Source: Tubiluchus corallicola
Lineage: Eukaryota; Animalia; Priapulida
Direction: 5' to 3'
Assembly (NCBI GenBank): GCA_030141605.1
Contig: JAQGDQ010000315.1
Span: 212,505 to 276,504, forward strand
Length of the DNA stretch: 64,000 nucleotides
In this document: positions 13,926-25,358 of the stretch, piece after piece
Layout: each line of letters begins with the position of its first letter
How positions within the stretch are numbered: the stretch's first letter is position 1
The notes under the pieces: model-generated
Databases searched by the model: none
Told to the model about the DNA's origin: nothing
The model's input: the letters and a program-made list of their open reading frames with translations, nothing else
Program-made: the position numbers and the translations under genes

Positions 13926-14859
13926 AAGCTTGAGTAAGGAAATTTGAGCTAAAACTGCAGCGAATCACTTGTTCAATGTTAATCGCCAATAGTTACGCAA
14001 TATTGATGTAACCTGAAACTGCAAATAATATTATTATCAGAATCAGTCAATCGTGTCATAAGCGAATAACAACATTCTCGTATAAATATAACATCAAAAT
14101 AAGGAATATTTTGAACATATTATGTGGGTGTATGATCATGTAAGGATACATAACTTCCTCTACTGATTATATAAACACGACATATCGGATTAATTCCTTG
14201 ATTTCGGAGCTTATGCGCCAACAGTTGTACTAATATCAGAAGTAGTATATTATACTGGACAGAAATGACAAGACTAAGATCCAAGGCATATTTAGCAACG
14301 CATTACATCCGGCGTTAAGCTTACATGGCTAATTGCAGATAACACGACATTTCAATTACAATAGAAGCCAAGCCAGATCTTTAACTAATTGTGATGACTT
14401 TCAGACGTACATGTCTATTATCAGCAGTAATAAGCCATCATTGAGCTTAAAGCTACACGAATATATTAATATAATACATCCACCCAAAAAATAATACAAG
14501 TCCCTTGTGAACTAGATTACGTATCTTCATTACTTAGAAACCTTTCAAATGCGCAGGTATAATTACCACCTGTGTTGTATTTGTATGCTGAGACTCTATG
14601 CGTGGTTTGTGGCATTACTCGCTTTTCTCGGCTGATTGCAATTTGTTTATTAAGAGCTTGCATCCATGCGATGTTTACTACATTTCCGGTAAAACCCCAA
14701 GAGAGTACAATAAGTTTTTTGTGTCGCTTTGAACGTTCTACGGACATCGCAATGTCTAGTGCGTCGTTAATATGTAGTTTGTTATGCCGATCGTAAACGG
14801 TTTGATGACGCAGTTAGTACATTAAACAGGGCGTAAAAAATTATGCAAGTCAAATTTGT

Positions 14860-15400
14860 TACATTGATGTTGCATTCTTTCAGGCTGGCTTTGAGGGTGT
14901 CTTTGTGTCTTTTCCGTTGCCCTCCTACTGACCGTTTCCCTTCTTTCAGCTCGCAGTACATGAGTCTCTTTGGCAGTCTGTGATCTTCCATACGTCGAAC
15001 ATGATCAGCCCATTTCAGTTGTGCTGTCTTAAGCATTGAATGGACACTGATGGATTGTGTTCTCTCGAGGACTTCAGTGTCTGGTATAAAGTCCTGCCAG
15101 CTGATCTTGAGGAGTCGTCTTAGACAACGCAGGTGGAAGGAGTTTAGTTGTCTGGCATGGTGACTATAGACTGTCCACGACTCGCAGGCATATAGCAGAG
15201 ATGGAATGACTACAGCATGGTAGACCTTGAGTTTAGTTGACAGCTTGATGCCTCGTCTTTCCCAGCATGTTGTTCTTAGGTTTCCTAAGGCTGCACTGGC
15301 TCTTGATATTCTGAAGGCTGCTTCATCATCAATGGTAGCTGATCTTGATAGGGTGCTACGCAAGTAAACAAACTTGTTGGCATATACTGTACATTCATCT
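14860..15400 (-). mobile_element. RTE-clade non-LTR retrotransposon fragment (RT C-terminal/thumb region)
   Basis: ORF 14782-15426 contains KFVYLRS, TKLKVYHAVVIPSLLYACESWT, LNSFHLRCLRRLLKISWQD, QLKWADHVRRMEDHRLPKRLMY and GKRSVGGQRKRHKDTLK, the classic RTE/BovB-type C-terminal motifs. Confidence 0.92.
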
Positions 15401-16887
15401 TCAATAGACGAGATAGCTGTGAGCAATATGGCAGATCAATCGGTGCAGTAGTTTTCACGGTGGTCACATATCCTTTTACTTACAGTCTCAGCATTGCTAA
15501 ACTTCGAAGCTAATCACACAGAATGCCCACTCAACAATATCTCTCACCGTAAAATCACATTCAAGCGCGTTTTTACCTTATTATTTTACATTGTAAATCA
15601 AAAATTACAGACGTCAATATTAATGCTTTTATTAATCAGTTTTATAACATTTAGTTATAACTAATATTATTGTTGCTATTTAATGAAGCACTAGTATGTT
15701 ATAACCTTACGCATAATTTATTAGTCTTGAAAGTTGCACGTAGATTCGTACTCATGCCCAAAATATAGAACTCTCCAATATTGTCTACGTCTTGCAGTTT
15801 TGTTTGTATCTAAACAAAGCATTGCATAGCAAACACTAGTGTTATCACTGCCCACGATCATGTAAAGGTACTTTATGGGTGTGTATGTAGACATATACAC
15901 CCTTGTATTGTATGAGTCCACTTACTCAGCCGGTTACTTAATCTAGAGGAAGCCACATTATGCCTCTCGTATATGCAGAGATTGTCCTTTTCATGGCATA
16001 TATTTACTATGCACTAAACAATCACAAGCTTCACTGATCATTCGTAGATGGGCACCACGTGTGTTTGTGTTACACGTACATAGAGGCTTGCGTGGGCGTA
16101 ATAGACTATCTAGCCTGTAAAAACGATTTGCTAGCTTTACAGATCGCAGATGTGAACTGGTTATCCACGTTCCAGTAATGTAAGAGCAAGAGATTATAAC
16201 TAAAACAGTTTTCCTAGCAGTCTTTAATCGATTTGTTATCGCACCTGGGACTGCTTAACTACCGCAAGTAAGCTGTCATATTGAACACTCAGCTATTTTA
16301 CTTACCCGAGATGATAAAAATAGTGTTACTAAATATCAGATTAGTAATTCAAGGGGAGAACTGTGCACGGTATTTCTGGCATTACAAAGTTGCACAGGTA
16401 GTAGTTACAGCATGGTTGCAGCAATGATACCTCTAGAAAATGAATAAGTGAAACAAAAATGAATTGAATGTACTTTCTTTTCGCTTGCTGTAAAGCATTT
16501 CCTGTTTTAGTTTTTTGTTTCCGACAAAGTATTTGATTGAAAAGACAGGACCTAGAAAATGAGCAAAAATACAATAATCAATTATCAAAACGTTTAGTAG
16601 ACTCTATGTAGTTCTGAGCACACAAGCATACTGTATATTTAATGTTCATCATTACTATAGTGTTTGCTCAATGTAAACTCTCTAGGCTTTTAGTAATTAA
16701 TTTCGTATTATCGTATACGGTAATTTTACCGATTTATTTTTAGTAACAATGTTCAGTAACGCATGTTTTAGTAACCGTTTGGTAAGCTGTATATGAGCAT
16801 TTTTATTGATCCTATATTTTTTTGTTATTTCAGAACGCCGTAAAAGAATTTTTAAAATCAGAAAACTTGGTTATTGAAGAAAATATT

Positions 16888-17302
16888 CTTCTTCTATTTT
16901 CCAGCACTTCCATTTCCATGACCTCCCTTCCCACATGATCTTCACCGACTCTTCTTTTCAGGTGTCCATACCATCGCAATCTTGCGAGGCTTCCACTACT
17001 TTTACTGTTCCTCTGATGTTAATATTTCTAATTTTATCTCTTATTGTTATTCCCATCATCCATCTCAACATCCTCATCTCAACCACATCCATTTTCTTCT
17101 CTTCGGTCTTCTTTAGAGAAGCTGCTTCCAGCCCATAGATTAGAGCGGGTCTGACCACTTCTTTGTGGAGACTCATTCATAGAAAGTTTTGGCGCAGTTT
17201 TTACAGGCGGATGCCCTTCCTGACCATAACCCTCCCTATTTATCCGGGCTTGGGACCGGCACTGAGTTGGGCTGGCTTGCCCCCCCCCCCAGTGGCTAGG
17301 TT
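16888..17302 (-). mobile_element. Internally deleted RTE-type (Expander/Rex3-like) retroelement, 415 bp, with 17-bp TSD
   Basis: TSD TTATTGAAGAAAATATT at 16871-16887 and 17303-17319; a 5' UTR segment is fused to RT C-terminal coding remnant VVRPALIYGLE...MDVVEMRMLRWMMGITIRDKIRN; 3' end in GAAGAAG. Confidence 0.92.
17224..17302 (-). ncRNA. Twister ribozyme (P1 type), 3' cleavage-product portion
   Basis: Minus strand reads AA-CCUA-GCC[P3 hairpin ACUG...CAGU]-GCCGGUCCCAAGCCCGG-AUAAA-UAGG-GAGGG. The core matches the twister consensus as recalled from the rice Osa-1-4 example (GCCGGUCCCAAGCCCGGAUAAA-P2'-GAGGG), and P2 (CCUA/UAGG) pairs perfectly. Confidence 0.9.
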
Positions 17303-18699
17303 TTATTGAAGAAAATATTACTGTGTTTTAATGCAGACTTTCATGGGTGTTTTTTCTTATCAAAGTAAACACATATTTAGTACAATGTTACAGTGTTGGT
17401 GGTGTAGAGAACCAACAGTTGCTTTTTAGTCACTTTATAGTCACAATGTCCACTATGGCTATTGCAAAGTTCTCGGCTTGAACACTTGTTCACCAGGCTA
17501 AACATAAATTGAACATAAGCTGGTCATTAGAACGTGAACTGAGTTAACTCCAAAGGTTGAGATGTAGTCCGTAGGCCAAGCAGTTATTTCAGAGAAGGAA
17601 GTACTTTTTTCAAGTCCAAAACCAAAATAAACATCAGTGTTGTGAGCTGTAACTGCAATAAGATATGTAGGTGAATCTTTTATTTCTCCCTTGTTTAAAG
17701 AAAAGACCAAGCCTTCTAGGAGGTCAGGCTTATTTCAATGTTTGCGAAAAACGTTAGAAGGATTTAGTAATAGAACGGCAATAAGCGCCTCGTGTAATTA
17801 GTAAAATCACTAAAGTCGCGATCACTTTGTGCTTGGGTGCTCCCATTTTCAATGCACATTATTCTTCCAATGACGTCATTCGTCCTGAAGAAAAGGTGCA
17901 CACTGTCAATCTTCAGCAAAAGTATAATAAGTTTTTACGAAAGAAATCAGTTTGTAATATTCCTGCGTGTACATGAGATAAGCTGCAAAAATTTGAATTA
18001 GATAAGCAGCGCGCGTTTACGGAAAGCAACGACGCTCTTACGAAAAGTCACGAAGTCTCCCAGTTACGTCATGATTTTCATGTGAATGGCGGCAGCCACC
18101 ACGCCTGAAAATGTCTATTAAGCGGTAGTGTATTTTAAACTAATGCTTTGTAGGCAGTTCTGTGCAAAATTCTTTGTTATATTTTTCTAATTTTATAATA
18201 AACAGAACATACCTAGTGACTTGTTCTTACCTTTAAACAATTCATGAACTGTTTTTTATACTGTCACCATGCATTGATGGGCAAAGGATGTAGTTTTACA
18301 GTGGTGGGTGGGCCTATTGGTGGTGACATTTCTGCAGCCGGGGAATGGCACCTATGTACTAAAAATAGCATAGTAAACAGGAAGGAACAGACACTAAAGC
18401 AAAATTTCAGAAAGAAGAATCCTTTACACTGTTAATAAACTCAGTTCAAACTAACGACTAAAAATGATAAGAATAACTAGTAGAAGTTAATATTTCTATA
18501 AGACCCCTGTTGAAGGGTGAAAATTGAAAGATGAAATTTTTATGTATAATGATATCATATTATTTTGCTTCCTAAAAGATGATAATCAGATTACATCATT
18601 ATACATCAAAAAGTGCGACTAGATAATTGAATTTGACAATTTGTTCTACTCGGAATTAAAAATAATTGTCTGTCGAAAACAAAGCCTTTAGTTGCTCAG

Positions 18700-18878
18700 A
18701 GAAGAGCCCTGCATGTCGCGCACTGCGCATGCGTCGTTAATGCAGCCTGATCGTTGAAGCTGAAGTACAATCTCGCGTAGGCTTCACATACGATTAGAGA
18801 CTTAATTTGTACCTCGAGCGCGGATTCATCGAGCATGCAGTAAAGTTTGGCTTCTCTCTTCCTGATTCTCAGGTGAGT
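18700..18878 (+). promoter_or_regulatory. CpG-enriched patch with NRF1-like motif and strong splice donor; candidate promoter/first exon
   Basis: GCGCACTGCGCATGCG at ~18718-18733, local CpG enrichment, CAG|GTGAGT at 18872/18873. Motif-only evidence. Confidence 0.35.
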
Positions 18879-21870
18879 GGCAAACAATCAGTTTGGCAGT
18901 TTGTATAACTCATTAATTTATTGACTTTTTTTGCAAAATAATTTATTGCTTCCTGTGCGAAAATCGTAAAAATGAAAAATGCATAAATTCTCAGATTCTG
19001 TCATGATTAAGACGTAAATTCAGTCGATTGATGCTCCGTCGCGAGGGTTAACACTTGATACAGACACATACGGGTTAGACTACAGATTTAAAGATACTTA
19101 AGATTGTGAACGTTAGTTTGTATAAGTGTACAATATGTCGGCACGCAGTTTTGACCAACAGAAAAAAGCAGACTGAGCAAAAGGCAAGTATAATGTCGGT
19201 TTATATAAACTGGAATGGCTTTTTAAATCTTTTCTGAGAAAAATGCACAAAATTTGCCAGTTTTGTATTAAAGCATTTAGATTACTACTAAATACTAATA
19301 TTTATATTTAATATTTATTCCCAACTTTTTGCAAATACAAAAATGCAATAATGTTAGTATGTCAAAAAGTTAATAAACACGTAATTCTATGCTTGGTGGG
19401 AATATCTATTTTGCAGTCTGATAATTCTTGTACAATGAATTCATGAATGGTCACGTTACAATTATTGAATGTCAATAAGCTATTACTATACGTGTGCTCC
19501 TATAGTTGTACTAGGATGATTCAATACACCTACGAGCTTGATAGAAATACTTTTAAATGCATAATCTTAAAGCTCTTTGAAGTTTCTTAAGTCTATTCTG
19601 ATTACGCACAATAAAACATGTTTGAAAAAAGCCAGTATTAATTCAAGGTCGTATGAAAAATGTGATACAAGCAATTTTGCGACATATCACCTTTCTTATT
19701 TATTATAAATCATCGGAAAATGGCTCATATGTGTACAATGCCATTTCCACACACTCGATTTTTCGATAGCACAATAATAAATTGATGAGATACAAGTTAA
19801 CTTGTAGACCATTCTCTACAAAACTTCTCAAAAAAGTAATTCTAATCTGCTGTGTTACCTACAACTTGCAGCTAAATGACAGAAAGAGTTGCTATGTTAT
19901 TGTGAAGTTAATTATTTCTTATTATTTAGTTAATACGTATAGATAAGGCAGCAAAAAACAAAAAAAAACAATTAGTGTGCGTCATGTTACGGCCATATAC
20001 TTTTAGTTTTACTGAGGAATAAGAATTCGCAGGCTACCTAAGTGCTTAACTTGTACGTAAACTGTCAAGTTTGACTGACCTCACAATATTGGCTGCTGAA
20101 TATTCCTTGCAACAGATATCTTCCTTTAGTAAATTTCACTTTCCTCATTAAGTAATTACGTAGGGTTACACTGAAAATTGCCACATTTAAAATGCGGTAT
20201 TAGCGTTCTGTAGTACTGAACATCTTCATTTGGCATTCACGTTTAGTAATTTCGCTGCTACTAATTTGGTGGTTTAAGCTTACGGCTCCGTTAATTAAAA
20301 CTATTACAGCAAATTGAAAGAAATAAACTGCATTGCTTAGTGGTAAAATGCACACTGATGAAATGAACAAAACTGGCGTAGTCGCATGATGCAGTACTGC
20401 CCATTAATGAGTTATAAGAAACTGGAATAACTGACGTTTTCTGTAAGTAATTAGCATTCCGCTGTGTTAGCAACAACCTATTCGAAAAAATGTGGACGTC
20501 AGCACAGTCGTCGACTGTCGCCCTGGTTAGAGAGATTTACCAAGCAGAAATTTCAGTCTGCTACAAAAAATATGAGCTGGCAAAGTTACAAGATTAGTTA
20601 AACTTCGTAGCTTAGTGCATATTCAATATAAGCAAGGAAGGCATTGCTTACTCAGTGATTCTAAAGGCTTGGCCTAAAGAAAAATATGTTAAAAACAATG
20701 AAAGCCTAACAGAGCTTCTTAGTTCCTTTTATTTATAATAACTAAGCGATTTCTGAACTGCAAGGTGGCAGTTCTGGGAATGATAATCTAGGGATAAATG
20801 AAACCAGTTATCCAGTAATCCACTCCAACATTATATTAATTTAGACTTTTATTTATCAGTTTACTTTGTTCACTAAAGCCCGAGCTTTAGAAACCTATTA
20901 AAGACGCATGCAAGTTTTCAACCAAATAAATCCTGTGAATTGATTGCTGGCTTACCACGAATGAGTCTTTACTCCATTATGTGGACTTTGTGGAGCTGCT
21001 ATTGCAAGGCTAAAGAGATTTCAGATCAGAGGTAATGTTAAAAATGACAAGAAACATGTAAGCCATGTGAACAGTCTGTATTAATAGATGTACGATCTGT
21101 TAACTGTGTGAAGGAAAAAGGTGTGAAAAAATTAAAACTTAGTAAAAAGTTGTGAAGCCAAATCTAAAGTCGTGTTGATACGTGTGGTTGAGTATCGTTT
21201 ACCTTGAATGTGGATAATATTTAAATTTATGATTAATTCTGTTGATTACAGGTAGCTAAGAACAGATTGTTTTTGACAAGAAATGTCCTCTAAACTAGCC
21301 TCTACAGATCAAGTGAGAAACAACTAAAGAAAAGCCTGGTTTAATCTCTTTTCATGAACGGTTTATTTTTTTCGCCTATTTAGCCTATTTAGCATTTTTC
21401 ACCAATTTTTTTCACATAATTTGTAATTTTGAAATTGAGATTTGAAGGCGCACACAGGATTGAGCTGATAATGGTCGGATAGTACATTTGATATCGGGTG
21501 TAGTTGACTTATTTAGATTTCTTGGGAGGCCAGTTTTGAATGCGCCTCAACTATGGCGAATTTCAAGTTCTACTTCTGTAGGTTTTAGTTGGCAAAACTA
21601 TTGAATCTTGTAGACGAGAGCTAGACAAACAGCGCCTTAGAAGAACTTTGTTAACAGGAAGCATCCCAAATGCTGATTAAGCGCAATAAAGAAAAACCTT
21701 GTAAATGTGTGCAAATTGAAATCAAATGTCATCTACTTTGGAAGGTCTTCTGAGTTTTTTCCTACTCCACTCTTCTTCACAAAAAATGTTACTTTGCATT
21801 TTACTAAAATTCTAGCAAAGTATTTTGCGCATAATTGGAATGGAGCTTAGGTTCTTACTGGTCATTAATA

Positions 21871-22174
21871 GGCATTGTTTGCGCAGCTCACATTTACAGG
21901 GTTCTTTCATGCTCACTTTGCAGGCGTTGTCTGTGAGACTCACACTTATGAGGTTCTTTTTAGGTCGGCTTACAGCATTATCTGTGCAGCCCACATTTAC
22001 AAGGTTCTTTCTAAATCAATTATCAGCGTTGTCTGTACTGCTCACATTTACAAGGTTCTTTCAACGCCACCAGGCGTTGTCTGTGGAGGTCACATTTACA
22101 AAGATCTAGATCACTTGACTGGCATTTTCTGCATGGCTCATGTCTACAACGTTATTTATGGGACATTTCAATGA
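21871..22174 (+). pseudogene. Decayed 48-52 bp tandem repeat encoding (V/I)(V/I/F)C-x2-H(I/T/V)Y-x-(V/D)(L/I) units
   Basis: Six diverged units; five share one frame (ORF 21875-22174) and the first is shifted by 1 nt. Confidence 0.4.
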
Positions 22175-22469
22175 TATGCAGTAGCTGATAATGTTTGCTT
22201 AAAATGTTTTCTATACAACATGATTTTGGCTTGTCTAAATAGATCTAATGCTGCAAGTAAAACATTAAAGTGAGTTACAATGTATATAAAAAAATCAATA
22301 ATTTACTATGGTAAATGGTTATTCACGTGTTAGTAGGCGCTATTGAACATAAATTATATAGAAATGTGACAAATAACACTATAATTATAAAATAGTGTTA
22401 TAAACAAGATCCTAACATTTTGCAAACCCAAGCAGTCTACCTACCCTTTTTCAAATCTTATTTACCTTT

Positions 22470-22694
<225 letters not shown>

Positions 22695-22698
<4 letters not shown>

Positions 22699-23876
22699 AA
22701 TTGGCATCAGCTATTTCCATGAACGGCATTCTTTTTGCATTATCTATTTTATTACATCTGAATAAAATGTGCTGAGGAGTTTGCTCTTCTTCTCCACATG
22801 GACATAAACTAGTATCACACATATTAAGTCTATACAAAAAGCTGTTAAAATTCCCCTGACCAGTTAAAAAGGACATGGCAATGGATTCTATTTTCCTTTC
22901 ATTATTTCCAAGCGGCAAATTTAAGGGTGTACATTTTATATTCTGTATTTCAACATTATCTCCTCGAAATTGCATAACATGCCTATATTTAGTTGCCCAG
23001 GTATAAGAAACATAATCTGTAATTTGACGTTTGGTATAAATTAACATATTTTCAGGAATTTGTTCAAGATCTGTATTACGAAAGTTTTCATTCCAGACAA
23101 ATTTTAAAAAGTTTCTCACAGTCTGCACATTTGTATACATAATATTTTTATAAATATGTCTTCCTGTCAGACGTGTACTACCATACCGCAGAATCTGTTG
23201 TTTTACTAAATCATTAGCGCTCTGACATAATGTCTTAAGACATGATTTAACCACAATTACATTTAGTTCAATGTCTAACGGTGGAAGACCACAAAGTAAT
23301 TCCAATTTAGTACGATCTGGTTTAAAAGCCAACCCCGCAGAAACTTTCATTATATCATAGGTTATATCTTCAAATACAGTAAGTTTTTTACCTAACCATA
23401 CAATAGCACCATACAGTATAATCGGCAAAATAGTAGTTTTATAAATATTTACAATGGTAGCAAGTCGCAAACCTGCATATTTACTGCAATTGTTTTTTAC
23501 TTTCAACCATCTATACCATACCTTTTTATGAACATTGCCCGCGTGTTTAACAAATGTTAATTTCCGATCAACAGTTAGGCCTAATATTTTGCTGTCTTCA
23601 ACAAACAATATTTCATTGTTACTAATTTTTAAATTGTCTGGCTTGTTATTTTCATCCCATGCCCCTACTAGCAATGCTTCTGTCTTACCAGGTAACGTAT
23701 TTATCTTTAAACGCCATTTCTGGCACCATTTGTGAAGCACATCACAACAGCTTTGTGCAATTGTAACACAAGTTTGCGGGTCTGTATTTGACACATGCAA
23801 AGATCCATCATCAACATACTTGTACTTTTTAACAGAGTCATGCATATTATAAAACATATCTGCAATGAAAAATATA
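22695..23876 (-). mobile_element. 5'-truncated non-LTR retrotransposon (I/R1/Loa-group-like) ORF2: RT end, thumb, CCHC knuckle
   Basis: Stop-free for ~390 codons: IFFIADM..KYVDDG (YADD), WCQKWRLKIN..KTEAL, KILGLTVDRKLTF..H, IYKTTILPIILYGAIVW, FLTGQGNFNSFLYR..CPCGEEEQTPQHILFRC. No RNase H evident. Confidence 0.9.
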
Positions 23877-23943
23877 GCAGATATGTTTTATAATATGCAT
23901 GACTCTGTTAAAAAGTACAAGTATGTTGATGATGGATCTTTGC
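23797..23943. repeat. Perfect 67-bp inverted repeat with 13-nt spacer
   Basis: 23797-23863 is the exact reverse complement of 23877-23943. Confidence 0.95.
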
Positions 23944-24300
23944 TTTATGCCCACGTAATATTATGCTTCAATCTGATAAAAATTTAATAATGGCTTTCAC
24001 TAACCTGATCAGGGACAATTTTATACTAAGTAACTGTTAATTTAGGCCCGCTCCAGTATAAAAAAAAAAATAAATTATGTAGTTGTGTAAAGTTAATTTG
24101 TTTGTATAATACTTGTGATTCGTTTGAAATTATATCTAATTTAAGTATAAAATGTTATTCGTTGTACATAGTGTGAAACTGGATTTAAAAGATTTGTTAT
24201 GTGAAAATGTAATTTGTTGATCTGAGCCTGCAAAAAGAGGCACCTTTGTGTATATATATTCATTTCTTTAATAAAGATTTATTATTATTATTATTATAAA

Positions 24301-24740
<440 letters not shown>

Positions 24741-24979
24741 CGCTTTATTTCTTTTTTCTTTTCGCTGTTTCATTTTTCTCTTCTACTTTCCTTCGTTTCT
24801 CTCTTTCTTTTATCCTCCCCCTACGTTCGTGCGTTCCTTCACTGCTTTCTTTTTGTAGCTATGCTGTGTTTTATCAAACCATACTAGACTGTACCAAAGC
24901 TGCCATCTCTTGACTAATAGAGTAAAGCGAAATGGCGGCAGATGTTACTTTATTAATATTCTAAACGGTTTTCCTTAAT

Positions 24980-25358
24980 AAGCCTTTTCACAGTTCCAGC
25001 GATTGATACTGATCGTTTAAAGGTCAAAAGTTAAGTGTCAAATCAGACAACTCATTTCTGTACACTTGACAACGCCTCGCAGCGCATGCTATTGTAACAG
25101 TAACAGTTTTGTCAACTAGCTAGAACCTTACTTAGTTCATTTTTTCTTGTTCTCAAACAAGATCCTGCTAGTAAATCACTCAATGCACAGACTAATGCAT
25201 AATCAAGTTCAAACAACTGAAGTTACTGAACTGATGCACCAGAGAGCTTTGCTTTACACACATGTTACGTGACGACTGTTGTTAAGGCGCGTTGCTATGG
25301 TACACTTAACCTTTACTGCAGCAATTGCGCATGCGCACAACGAAACTGTGAAAGGCTT
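24980..25358 (+). mobile_element. MITE family A copy 1 (AT-flanked, PIF/Harbinger-ISL2EU-like)
   Basis: TIRs AAGCCTTTTCACAGTT / AACTGTGAAAGGCTT flanked by AT; subterminal AAGGTCAAA(A/G)GTTAAGTGT / ACACTTAACCTTT; five copies in the window. The superfamily is inferred from TSD and termini only. Confidence 0.85.

Noticed and set aside
17400-17760. Minus-strand 70-aa ORF and adjacent open stretch
   Set aside because: No recognisable domain, interrupted by stops, no clear splice signals.
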